Numbered from the stretch's first letter, positions 20,554 to 45,139 are shown. The stretch: DNA of 64,000 nucleotides from the human T2T-CHM13v2.0 reference genome, Homo sapiens (GCF_009914755.1 NC_060930.1), one strand, 5' to 3'. Notes: generated by a model from the sequence alone, not told the origin. Numbers and translations are program-made.

Positions 20554-20897
20554 TAAGAAGTTCTACAGTGAAAAAAAAAAAAAAAAAGAAAGAAAGAAAA
20601 CAAGGGAAATTTATCTAATGTACTGCTTCTGAAACTTATTTGTCTATTAAACACTTTTTTAAAATCACCATCTTTTGAAACAGGGCTTGGGAAACACTAG
20701 CCAGGATTTTTCAGTTCTGTCAGTTCTGAAACTAGGATTCCTTCTAAAACCTATACGATGTAACTGATAAAGTTAGATTTAAACATGAGTGAGACTCCAC
20801 TTATAAACTAGGTTATAACAAGGAAATTCAAAGGAGATTGTAAATGCAGAGGCAGCACAGTGAATGAAGTAAACACTTGAAAAACAGCATCATATGT

Positions 20898-21407
<510 letters not shown>

Positions 21408-21618
21408 TTACCAACAAAAACTCTCCTGGGATCTCCATTTGTTCATTCCATAAATATTGAGTGCTTACGGTGTGTCAGGGACTGTTCTAAACACTAGCAT
21501 GATAGATGGCATCATGAGACACCAACGTGTGTCAGAAGAGAGCTCTCATTGCAAACACTAATTTGTACAGATTTTTAATTGCAGCATGAGCAAAAGTAGC
21601 TAGCAACTCTGCTAGTTA

Positions 21619-21634
21619 CCAGCAGATGGCAGTA
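21619..21634 (+). promoter_or_regulatory. Candidate CTCF site
   Basis: CCAGCAGATGGCAGTA fits the CTCF core CCASYAGRKGGCRS and lies in non-repeat sequence. Confidence 0.55.
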
Positions 21635-23339
21635 GCAGTCACTTCTTTACTGGCATTTTAGATTGGGAATGTGTGGAAGCACCACAACCTATCATCAGAA
21701 CTACTCTGTGGTGTCAATGTGTGACTTAGGGACAGTTATCTAACCCGTCTGGAGTGAAGCTTCCCTATTTAAATACTAGAGATAATAAAAGCACCTACCT
21801 CTTAAGTTGTCTCGAGAGTTACATGAGATAAAACACTTGAAGTGCTTTATCTTCAACATGAAGGAAGGGTTAATAAATGCTAGTTATTACTTAGTATGGT
21901 TGATACTGTTTTTTTGCCATTTGACAAAATGTCAATTATCCAAAAGAGGAAGAGAAGCAGATGGCTAAAAGTTGTATTGCTTCATAGAGCAATAACAATA
22001 TCAGCAATAAAGGAAAAGAAAATCTAAATATCTAAAAATATAACAAAGGGTGCAATACAATCTTAAGGTAATCGCTAGAAAGAAAGCAAAAATCTGAGCA
22101 GGTTTTTAAATTAGTACTTTTCCAACAGGTCACTTTTAAAGTATTTTGACTGTCTGATAACTCCCTACCTGCGCTGACTCAACATAATTGTGAATTATTT
22201 GTAAATTTCCTATTCATCAAAGATGCAGCAGATTTGCGAACAGAGTTTCTAGCTAGATAGCCAAGGGAATCATGGGGCTATTAGGCAGCTAACTTTTTTT
22301 CTTAAGCTTATTGTTTATTGGAACCAAAGAGAAGTTGTTTCAAGGCTAGGACCTCCGGAATGACTCAGTTAAAATGAGACAGAATTCAGAATTTAGAAGC
22401 CTCAGAGCCAGCTTACCTCACTTCTTAAAAATATTTGGAGGAAAACACTAGGGAACTGAGTTGTAATGGGGAGGTGGGTAAGAGGAGTAAAACCCTCTTA
22501 TATACCCTTGAGAGCTGTTTGAACAGCAAAGATTCCCAAAACAGGGACAAACTATTTCTAGGGATAATCTATATATGCAAATATAACTGTTTATTGAATG
22601 AATTCGTCCATATGGGAACGATTATGATGCTTCAGGACATGGATGATTTCACTACAATCTCAAGAGTTCAGTTAAAGAGGAAAACTTTCCATCTGCAATC
22701 CAAAACATCCCACACTTTTCTCTAGTAACAAATAGGGAGGTCTCAAAAGACAAGTTATCCTTTTTAGGAGATCTCCACAGCCTGAACTAATAAGCAACTG
22801 AACAATAATAATCTCATTTTTATGACAATTCATGTGACGACATTGAACAATGGGAAAATAGGAGATAAGCAATGCTGATGAAATGTGTCAGTGGCTTAGC
22901 ATCATTGATGGCTATTATTATTTTTACTTCTTATGTGGCCAGATTTTTTAAACAGAAAATTTGGAAAGATTTCTCAGACTGCTATTTTCTCTTTTTAGGT
23001 TGACTTATTTATTGCCCCCACTTCAGAAATTACTTTTTGAAATTGCCCCAGATATCAGGTTCCAGAGGACAGAAGCAAACAACAAAGGTTAATCCTGAGT
23101 ATACAGATATTAATAAAAATAGAAAAGAAATGTGAAAAATAAGTACATTCACTAATAAAAGTAGTTTAGTATTCTTTTTGTGATTGATCAATATGCTAAA
23201 AATACAACACACACACACACACACACACCAAAGTTAGTAAAACTAAACAAAAACACGTATCGCCCATCATTCAGCATCCACAATACAATGATTTGCTGAA
23301 ATTTCTCTTAATTTTTTCTATGTTTTATGCCAACTTTAT

Positions 23340-24310
<971 letters not shown>

Positions 24311-24439
24311 CAGAAATAAACATTTCTAGTAATATATATATCATTCTGAGAGTTATTTTATCTTTTCTGATTTCCAAAAATAGAATCCCCATGGAATCTG
24401 AGGTTAGACAACTGTATGCCTCCTGTTACCACAAGTACA

Positions 24440-27540
<3,101 letters not shown>

Positions 27541-27962
27541 CTCTATGCATTTTTATATAAATTATTAGGCTTCTTTTTTTTGAAAAGTTAAAAACTCTTT
27601 AATTCTTTATTCCTGGTACCACTATCACAATTTACAGGGCCATACACCTGATGTAACGAAAAGAAAAAAAAAAGTTACAACAGATAAAAGACTTCAGGAA
27701 TGTACATCTAATTGACACTACATTGCATTAATCAATAGCTGTATTTTTTGCAAACTGTGGTTATGACAGTCCTGAACAAGAAGGGTTTCCTATTTAAGCT
27801 GCAGTAACTTTTCTAACTATGGATAATTGTTCCTTTTATGGCAGATTTTTCCAGTTCCTCTAATGCATTTGAGACGACTGTCTCAAAGTAACCTGCTGCT
27901 TTCCTGGTAACTCCTCACTTTAACTCCTGCTAGGAACTGAAGCCCTTTTTTGCTGCTTTTTA

Positions 27963-28433
<471 letters not shown>

Positions 28434-28469
28434 TTATCAACTGTATTATGATCCTAAAAAGTTATGGCA

Positions 28470-28775
28470 AAGCCAGGTGCAGTGGCTCATGCCTCCCAAG
28501 CACTTTAGGGGCCAAGGTGGGAGGATCGCTTGATCCAGGGAGTTTGAGACCAGCCTGAGCCACATAAGGAGACCCCATCTCTATAAAAAATTTAAAAATC
28601 AGCTGGGTGTAATGGCACATGTCTTTGCTCCCAGCTACTTGGGAGGCTGAGGTGGGATGATTGCTTGAGCCCATGAGGTTGAGTGAGCTATGATCAGGCC
28701 ACTGCACTCCAGCCTGGGTGATAAAGTGAGATCCTGTCTCGAAATAAAAAATAAATAAAAGTAAATTTTAAAAAA
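28470..28775 (+). mobile_element. AluJ-like element inside the HNRNPA3 pseudogene
   Basis: Splits the RRM2 coding remnant between GFAF and (V)TF. Confidence 0.9.
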
Positions 28776-28815
28776 GCAAATCCCCTCTTTTTTCCACTCT
28801 GCCTGCCTTCCATAA

Positions 28816-29428
<613 letters not shown>

Positions 29429-29579
29429 CTATCGTCTGTATTTTCAAAGCTGTGAACACAGTAAACAGTTTTCTCAAGTGCTCTGGTTCCTTTGGATCAT
29501 GTGCCTCCATTTTGAGCCCGGACTCGCCTTTTCCAAATTGAGTTCAATTTGGGACTGAGAGGAAGAGCAGTCTTCTTTT

Positions 29580-29760
29580 TTAAGAATAGTTTTAGGTCTA
29601 CAGAAAAATCGAGCGGAAAGCACAGAGAGTTTCCATATGCTTCCTACCCCAGCGGTGTCCCCTATCATTGTTTTGCATCAGTGTGGTACATTTGTTACAA
29701 GTAATGGGCTAGTAATAATATTGATACAACATTATTAAAGTCTATAATCTACATTAGAGA
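29580..29760 (-). mobile_element. L1MC 3' end fragment
   Basis: AGTTTTAGGTCTACAGAAAAAT...CATCAGTGTGGTACATTTGTTACAA. Confidence 0.7.
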
Positions 29761-30207
29761 CTTGATGCTGTTTTATTCTTCTCCTCTCATTGGAAAGTGG
29801 CAGAAATAAATGTAAGTATTAAATCTTCGAGGGTTAACAGAAAGTCTTCTATGTAGGCCTTTGGCTACTTCTCTCCTTTTTGTCACCCTCAAAATTCTAG
29901 AGTCATATGTATTCCCTTTTTCCCTTCATCTTTTCCATCTCTTCATTATGCTTCAACCCATTGTACTTTATCTTCTCTGTCATTTTACTAAAATATATCT
30001 TTCCACAGAAAACAATACCTCCTTTATTACTAAGTTCAAGTATGCATTATTATTCCTTATCAAATTTAACTTTGTAGCAGCACAGGACAATGTTAACCCT
30101 TTCTCCCTTCTTGAATTATTTTTTACTTAACTTCCCAACTTGATATCTTACCTTCCTGATTCCCAGCTACTCTAACCATTGATCCTTTACTTTCTCTACA
30201 TTAGCCC

Positions 30208-30210
<3 letters not shown>

Positions 30211-30241
<31 letters not shown>

Positions 30242-31180
30242 TTTAGCCAGTCTCTAAGATGGTCCTCAATGATTCCCAACTCTTGGTATTCACATTCTTG
30301 TGTGTCACCTTCCTCCATTGACCTGGGTTGATCCATGTGACCAGTAAAATAGAACAGAAGTGATGGTATGTCATTTCCAAGATTAAGTTATAAAAGATGT
30401 TGCATTTTTTTTTTGTCTTGGTCTTGCTCTCTTTCTCCTCTAGACTGCTCCATGAGGGCTGCATGAAGCAGCCACATAATTTACCATTACAACCTCTGGC
30501 AAATAGTAAGTGCTCAACTCATATTTGCTGAGTCAATTTATATAAGAACCTTTCCACATTTTATTGCTTCCTCTCTCCCCCTCCTACGAATTTCTATAGC
30601 ACTTACTGAACGCATTTTGACATCTAGCACATTTTGTATTTATTATTTTATAAAAGGGCTTGGCTCAGTTGAGCCTTCTGAAGGAATGTTCCCTCACCTA
30701 CTATGTGGCTGGCACTGGGCTAGTTGCAGGTCAATCGAAGCTCATCTTGATCATCCTCCTAGAGAAGGAGCTCCTTGTAGGTGAGTGGGGCCAAGCCCTG
30801 GTCACCTGTATGCTTCCCAGGGAACCTAGCCTAGGAGCCTGTAGAGTAGCATAAAAACGATATTAAAATGGGTTGGGTGTCGTGGCTCACACCTGTAATC
30901 CCAGCACTTTGGGAGGCCGAGGCTGGCGGATCACTTGAGGTCAGGAGTTTGAGACCAGCCTGGCCAACATGGTGAAACTCCATCTCTACTAAAAATACAA
31001 AAATTAGCCCCATGTGGTGGCACACACCTATAGTCCCAGCTACTCTCCTTGGGAGGCTGAGGCAAGAGAATCACTTGAACCCAGGAGGCGGAGGTTGGAG
31101 TGAGCCAAGATCGCGCGCCACTGCACTCCAGCCTGGGTGACCAAGCAAGACCCTGTCTCAAAACAACAACAACAACAACA
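30211..31180. mobile_element. (CT)n 30211-30240, MLT1 fragment ~30245-30470, AluS 30870-31180(+) with (CAA)n tail
   Basis: Direct reading. Confidence 0.75.
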
Positions 31181-32455
31181 ACTATAGTAAAATGAACATT
31201 TACCTGGAAATCTCAAATTCTGAGTTCAATCTTTGACCCTTAAGGCTGTGACTCTGGGCAAGTCACTCCACAAATGTGAACTTATTTCCTCATTGTGATA
31301 AAGATATAGTAATTATACTTTTTACCCAAGGAGTCACTGGGTAGCTCAGATATGTCAAACCCTTATTTCCTCACTTGTCATAGGTCACTTATTGTCAGAT
31401 GAATCATGGATTTCATAATATATTTTGCATTTGTGTTGGGAATGGGGTGTGAAGAGCATGATTTTAACCATCTATATCAATTATAAAACATTCAGATTTC
31501 AGTAACTTTAACATAAGAAAATGTTTCTTTGAATCAAGACAACACGTTATCTATTGAAGTGTTCAAGTGTTCTGAAGTTGGAAAACCATTGTAAAACTGG
31601 GAGCTCTAATTATGTCACATTCAAACAGATGTGTTCTGAATTAATGACTGAGTTGATTTTCCTCTTTTTTGTTCAGTCATGTGTTAAGGATTCGTTCTGT
31701 TTTATTATTGTTATGAAACATTGCAAACACATACAAAAGTGAAAGCAATGCCTTCCCATGGATCTGATATCCAGCTGCAACAAAAATCAACACAGGGTCA
31801 CTCTGATTTCGTCTATATCTCTACTCAATACTCTCCACCCCCCACCATCCCTATGGGCTATTTTCAAGCAAATCTCAGGTCTCATATAATTTCATTTGTA
31901 AATACTTTAAAGGAGTATTGTTTAATAGCCATTTACCTTCCACCGTCTTCTAGTCAGAGATAAACTAAGTTTTCTTAGAGGTGTTTGCAAGCTTAGTTCA
32001 CATTGCCTACCCTCCTGAAAGATCTTTATTAACCAAGTTGAAAAATACACCTTCTTAAGAAGGCCCCTTCCCCAATGGTTACTGGGGGTGGAAGGTAATC
32101 TTAAAATCATTACTTGGGGAGTAAAATGCTGGTGGTTCCCACATTTCTGAATACCTTTCCATTTTAAAACCAGTTCTTAATGCAGTAGACGAGATCAGAA
32201 ACTGACCTACGTAAGTTTGTGATTTTTTTTTTTTGTTAGAGTGCTGATTTCTTCTTAACTTTTTTGTTTGCTTTATCTCCATGGGTTTAATCATTACATG
32301 ATATGGTTCTAATGATAGCATGTTGTGTCATTTTAGGGACACTATTTTCTGCAAACTTTTTTACTCAGAGTGTTTTCTGACCATAATGCATTACAAAATG
32401 TACTATATAGATGTGAATATATGCTTAGAATTAAAAATAAAAATCCATGGATAAG

Positions 32456-32686
32456 TTTTCAAAATAATGTTGCCACTCACTGTATGTTTCAAAAGAGATG
32501 GGGTTTCACTATGTTGCTCAGTCTGGTCTGTCCCAAACTCCTGGGCTCAAGCAATCCACCCACTTCGGCATCCCAAAGCATTTGGAATTACAAATGTGAG
32601 CCACTGCACCTGGCCTTGCCATGCTTTTCAAATTACACTCTTCTCCATCTTCCTTTTCAAAATAATGTTGCCACTCACTATATGTT
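32456..32686 (+). repeat. Local templated insertion: 162-bp copy of 29050-29211 between 33-bp direct repeats
   Basis: 32494-32655 matches 29050-29211 with 8 mismatches and no gaps; the flanks 32456-32488 and 32654-32686 differ at 1 of 33 positions. Confidence 0.93.
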
Positions 32687-33639
32687 AAATGTTAAACATT
32701 TTACAGATTCAAATGCAGTAGGGATTCTCTGAAAAAGTTTTATCTTACTAACAGCTTTCAGATTATCAGTACTAGTTGTATGGCTTAAACACAGCCACAT
32801 GTAAATACTTACTTAGATGAAGCTATGGCTAATCACATATGTAACACAATCAGTTTCATGTAGTGGTTTGATCACTCGTGTATTCAAGACTATATAAACA
32901 GGGACGAATTTGAGGAAGTTGGAGTGATGGAGTGAGAAAAGTTTGTTTCTGCAGCAGTAGCAGTAGAAGGGGCAGGCCGATTCAGTAAACAAGCACACAT
33001 TTCAGAATGCAAACTGCATTCTCCAAGCTGGCACCATGGTTTTACGGTGCTAGGGATGTTTACTGCTTGTTGGGTTTGCAGCTTTATAAACAGTGCTCCT
33101 TGGAGTTCTCTGCTTGCTATTCTGAAACATATTTGAGTTTTGCAACCGAGAAGTAAATGACTTTGATTTCCAAAATCAGTCAGTCATTTTTCAGTGTTGT
33201 GATAGGAGATTCATTTGAATTCACTTCTTCAGAGATGCAGGAGCCAATCAGGATCCTGTTGCAGTGAAAATGATTCTTTTATTGAAACCCCAGCTTCCTT
33301 TAAAAGAAGCCAAAGAGTACTGAATTACAGAACTGCCATACAGCCTTCCCTTTATTCTTTCCATCACCCAGGCCACAGGAAAAAAAAAAAAAAGACAAAC
33401 TTTTGTTCTTATTTTCACAAGTTATCACATGGTTTGGAAACTTCAGGGCATTTCTGAAACTTCATTGGTATGTGCCAGAAAAGTCCTCTTTAACACACCA
33501 GGTTGAATGAAAGACAGTTTGAGATGTTAATTTCCATTTACTGCAGAAAAAATATATTTAATGCATTAAGGAAATGTCTAGCTTAAAGAAATTGCCCACT
33601 TTTGAAACAAATGGTTGGAGGCCTGAGGTCCAAAGCTCT

Positions 33640-34080
33640 AAAATCAGTTAACAAATGTTTATTGAACACCTATTTTGAACTAGGCTGTTGAAGAAGTTCA
33701 AAAGTCTAAGATAAATTCCCACTTTCAACTCACCTACAGTCTAGTTGGGCAGAAAAAATCCAAACTCAGGGGACAATGCAAGAGTTAGATAGTAAAACCA
33801 GACAAATACACAAGCAATGAAACACGACACCATATGGTTGGGTTTAGAAAAGTGTTTCAGGCAATACATATTGTAGAGGCTTAGGGATCACAGTAATCTG
33901 AAAATCCCTGGAAAATATTCACAAAGAAGGTAGACCATTGGGATGGGTTTGAAAACATAGATAAGAATCAGATAACCTTAAGAGGAAGGAGGAAGCAAAC
34001 AGTGAGTCTGGTTGTAATAGAGAAGGGAGTGGGAGAGGTTAAGGAGGGTGGGAAGGGGCCAGGTTGGCAAATCCTCAGTG
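33640..34080 (-). mobile_element. L2 remnant
   Basis: AACAAATGTTTATTGAACACCTA...CCTACAGTCTAGTTGGG. Confidence 0.65.
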
Positions 34081-35550
34081 GTAAGGCCTGGCTGTGGGGC
34101 TGAAGATGATTCTAAGGGGTCCAAGGTCAACAGCAGTGTTTAAAATTAGATTGCCAAGTGCATGGATTCCCTTTCCTTTCCTCCTTTTCTGTCCTTTAAA
34201 AGCAGAACCTGATTAGACAGTCTGGGACATTCCCAGCCCTAGGCTAAAAAGCAGCGATTGAGGCACAAAGTATTCTTGGCCCTGAAGTTGAACCTCTGGG
34301 GATGGAGCTCAGGGAAGTCATAGGGAGTTTGGGCCCAGGTAGGATCAGACCTATCCGCAGGCTTACATAGGCTCCAGTGATTAAAGCTCAGCTTCCTGAA
34401 TATGCCCCGAGGATAAAAGAGACTTTTCCGAGTGAAAGGCATTTTCCAAGGCGCTCTCAACGGGAATGTCTGAGATAGCGAACTGCGGCTGCAGAGCACC
34501 AGCTGAACGCACACACACGTGTCTTCTCACGGTATGATTAGTGTTCACAGGTTTCGTCTAGCTCATCAGAAATGAAGAATAGCGATGATGAAGTGACATG
34601 TCACCGGGAGGGTTGAAAAAGAAAAAGTGCGTAAGAGGGTCCCAAAAAGAACCAGCTTCCGTGTAGACGGGTCTGCAGAATCTGCAGTCTCCCGTCTTCT
34701 GGGTCCCCTGGCCCGCCCGGAGTGGGGACAAGGAATTGGAAAGCCCGGCTCACCCGGCTCTCCTCCCTCGCAGCCAGCAGATGGCTCCCGGGCTCTCTCG
34801 CGAGCCCGCTCGCCCCCTCTCCAGACGCAGGGCTTTTGCGGTTTGGGAGGGAGGCTGCGAGGAGGGGCGCGGTGCCCGCCGCCGCCACCGCAGCACCGCA
34901 CAGCGTCTCTCCTGGGGGTGCGACCTACGCCGGGGACCCAGCGCTCGGGCACCGGAGGCCGGCCTCGCACCGGTGCGGAGGCCGGCTCTCGCGAGGTGAG
35001 GAGGAAACGCAGGAGGAAGAGGAGAAGGAGAAGGAGGAGAAGGAGGAGGGCCGGAGCTGCCCCCGCCCAGCCGGAGCCCGGCAGGAGCGCGAGGAAAACC
35101 TACTCCCCCCGCCCCGCGCCGCTCTCCCCGCCCTCTCCCACGCCTTCCGCTTTCACCTAGGGCTGTAGGTGCGGCGCGGAGGCTGGGCGGGAGCTACGCC
35201 GGCCCAAGCCCCGCCGGGGACCAGCGAGCCGGGAGGAGGAGCAGGCGCCACAGCCGCCCCGCGCCCCGCGCCCGCTTGTAATCCGGTCCGCTCCTTATTC
35301 AGCCGCCGGGAACTGCGAGGAGGCGTCATGTAGCAGCAGCAGCAAATCCGCCTCGCATTTGCAACTCTTTTTTTTTTTTTGGTGGGGCGGGGGGCGCGCG
35401 GCAAAATTCTGTCTCCGCCCCCCCTTTTCTTGCCCACTTCCATTTGCAAGCTGCATCTGCCTCTCTAAAAAAATTGAGGAGTTCGGGGAAGGGCAGGGGG
35501 CCATAAATCAGAGTTGGACCTGCAATAACCCCCACACCTACAGGGCAACC

Positions 35551-35590
35551 ATGACCGAGGAGAGCTCTGACGTTCCCAGGGAGTTGATAG
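35551..35590 (+). CDS. CARMIL1: CARMIL1 (LRRC16A) coding exon 1
   Basis: GCAACC-ATG (A at -3) encodes MTEESSDVPRELI plus 1 nt, followed by the donor G|GTAAGA at 35591. Matches the CARMIL1 N-terminus as I recall it and lies in a CpG island. Confidence 0.97.
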
Positions 35591-41937
<6,347 letters not shown>

Positions 41938-43197
41938 TGAAAAAGAATATTTTTAATATTCCATTGCTTCAGTTAAAGTTGCCAAAGAATTTGAAGTGTC
42001 TTTCTGATCACATCTGTCTTGAGAATCTTCTAAAATATCTAACTCCAGGATATGTGATTGTCTTTTCTTGTTAGTAAGGATTATGCTTGTGATGGATGAC
42101 TTCTGTTTCTATGTTGTCTATATATACAAGTCGGGATGGTAAAGGCATTGAATGGGAAAACTTGAATGGCTTTTGCCCAGCAACAAAATGTGCTTATGTA
42201 AACTGCATGATTAAGTTATCAGTAGAAGAAATGATTGGTGCCATTGTTCTGTTGTATTTAACTTCAGTAAAGGTGAGATTTCCTTAAGTTATGTTTTTCT
42301 TGATGTTGTTCAACAATGATTGTGCTATTTTTTGGAAGTGGTAGTGTAGAGAAGAAATATTGTTTCTGTCATTTGCTTTTTTACAAATTTAAAGTAAGTT
42401 TTTAATAATGTAGTAACTTTATAAGATGAATCAACTTCTCTACAACTTAAATATAAGGTAGTGGTTGCTATGACAGTCTAAAAAATTGGGGCTTGGTATT
42501 ATTTGATATGGAAATTATTATTATGCTAAGAACAAACCCACATCATGAGTGCAATTTACCATGTTAAAATTTCAAAGACAAATTTAAATGTCCAGTATAA
42601 AATTAGCACTATTTAAACATGCTTATGATTAGTACTTAATTGTAAGTTTTTTTGGCCTCATCTAACAGCTGGAATTGATTAAAGTTGTAACCAAATTAAA
42701 AATGTATTTGAGTTTAAGCATTTATCTCCCCAAATATGGAATCTAAGCAGTTTCTAGAAGCATGGCCGGAACTCATTGTGGCTGTTACTTACTTGCATGG
42801 GCAGGAATTATTAATAGAAATACTCAAGGTCTGGCTTTCTTTGACAGGCTTCAAGTTAGAACAAGAAGATGTATGAAGTAACCTCAAAGTTGTGGATTTC
42901 TGAGTTTCTGAGTTTAGAGAAATTTAATTGCTTAATCCATTGTTAGCCTACTAAAATGGTTCATAAATGAGTTGGCTGAATATCTACAGTACGCTTTTTG
43001 AGTTGTGCTTTTGTTACTTCCCCCATTGCCCACCATTCACTCCTTTTCTTCTTATAAAAGTAGGAGTGTGCTGTATTTTACGTGGTTCTTTCTTCTTACA
43101 CTTGAGACTTTATACTATTTCTAGCTTATCTTTTGTAGAGGGCTTATCTTCATCTTCCTATAATCATAATAGCTAATATTTCTAAAAATCTGTTTTT

Positions 43198-43298
43198 GAA
43201 GTCTAGTCAAGTGAAGCAATGGGATTGGAGGAAGAGCAAAGAAATCTATAATGAGTTGTGATCAATTAGTTGTAAACACCCCTACACTCAGACCAGCC
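43198..43298 (-). pseudogene. RNY3P: Y3 RNA (RNY3) retro-pseudogene
   Basis: The reverse complement reads GGCTGGTCTGAGTGTAGGGGTGTTTACAACTAATTGATCACAAC...GCTTCACTTGACTAGAC, matching hY3. Flanked by the 19-bp direct repeat ATCATAATAGCTAATATTT (43163-43181, 43302-43320). Confidence 0.93.
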
Positions 43299-43301
43299 AT
43301 G

Positions 43302-44040
43302 ATCATAATAGCTAATATTTATTAAACACTGGCCAAGTGCCAGAGACTGTGCTGAGTACTTAATTACGCATTGCCTTGTTATATCCCCACTACAACGCTA
43401 TGAGGTAGGCACTTTTTACATCTCCATTTTACAGATGAGGAAATTGAGATTTGGCGAGGCCAAAGTAAATTGCTTCACATCATTTGGCTAGTTAATAACA
43501 GCTGGGATTCGAACCCAGCTCTGCCTCACTCAGAGCCTATCTGCTTTGCCTTTGTGGTCAAAAAGAAGGCAGCTGTTACTTTGTTCCATGGTTGCTGACT
43601 TCAAACAATGATAGGGGAGATTTGGACTTTAGAGTCTCTCTGTCTTTGATTGATTGATTTATACACTAGTTTTATATTTATTGAGAACCTGCTGTGTCCC
43701 AGGCACATGGTGTATACAAAATAGTCCTAGTCTTTGACTTCATGGGACTCGAAGCTTACAGTCTAGTTGGGGAGGTAAACATGTAGCCAGGCAGTGGTTT
43801 CAGATGTGCTATGAGTGGATGAATCGGGGCTTCAGGAGCACGGAGAGGAACTCCCAACTCAGGCCTGAGAATCAGGGAAGACTTCAGAAGGAAGATAAGC
43901 TTAAGCTGGCGTTCACTGGATGAGTAGGAGTTAGCCAAGCGAAGAGAGTGGAGACATGTTCTGGACAAAGGGAACAGAATACGTCTGGAAGCCTGAGAGA
44001 GCTTATGTTAGAGAAACATACTAAGGTACAGCTGGGGTAA
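43302..44040. mobile_element. MIR (43302-43545) and L2 (~43650-44040)
   Basis: CCATTTTACAGATGAGGAAATTGAG, GCTGGGATTCGAACCCAG; TATTTATTGAGAACCTGCTGTGTCCCAGGCAC. Confidence 0.8.
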
Positions 44041-45139
44041 GGCATATACAGGGTAGAGAATGGGCAGGTGTAAAGCCTGAGTCCTATCCTTGCAGTTGGG
44101 ATGTCAGGTGAAAGTTAGGACTGGTTAAACAGGTCTCTTCTTGCCACCTGTGTATAATGAAATATTAAGGCTCAGTGGTTAAGGGCCCAGATTTTGGGTT
44201 CACACTGTTGCTCAGTAACTTTGTGACAATGTTAAGAATCAGGTTTTTTTTTTTTTTTTTTTCCCTATGGAAAAAATCTTATGTTATAACAGTATCTATT
44301 GGTATGTGGTTGCTTTGCATATCAAGTGGAATTTATTTAAATACTGCATAGCACAGTGGCTGCATGCAGCAAACACCCAAAAAATGATAAGGCAAGAGGA
44401 ACAAAGGGGTCCTGCATTCTGTTTTCTCCGTGGTGCGGAAAGTGCCATTCCTTCTGAAGCCCAAGTATCTGCTGCCTCCATTGACAGGTTGAGGTCAGTT
44501 CACCATAAGGCCAAGAGGGTTTATTCACAGTTTGTGGCACCTTATTAGCAGGATAGAGGGCAACAAGCTGGATCTAAAATTCCTAAGGTATGCTCTCCTC
44601 CAGTGAAATCAGAAATGCTAGATGTTCTGGGGCAAGAGTGTTCTATTCTCAAATAAATTTGGCAGAGTGTTAAAGATAAATCAGTTTCTTTACTGCATGA
44701 GTTTTCAGAGCCATTAATACACCCCTGTGCATTGTAAATTTCTAAGAATTGGATAAAGTATGCTGTTTTTTCCAAACTTATTTAGCCAGAGACCCTAATG
44801 ACCATGGGCTAAGAAGGTACAGGCCAGAGATGATGCCTCTTGGGACAGTTAAGAAAAGATAGAACAGGCTTGAATAGGCTCTCCATCATTAGGAGTGTTC
44901 TCCTGAGGAATGGTCCTTTAGCCATGTTTTTTAAAATCTACATTGTGAGTAGTTCCACTCTGGGCTACGTTGGCTTGACATGTCATATGTTGTTGAAATA
45001 CCTTTCTCTGTTGTCTTTAGGGGATGTCATTAGAAAGTGATTCTATGTTTATTTGACTCTAATTCCCTTCTCCCATTTGCTAAATGAATCTTCACCCAAT
45101 TTTTATAGTACTTGGAGTGTAAAAAATGTATTTTAACTT

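Noticed and set aside
32494-32616. Independent FLAM/Alu monomer insertion
   Set aside because: No A tail, flanking repeat longer than a typical TSD, and it carries unique flanking sequence of the Alu at 28847-29172.
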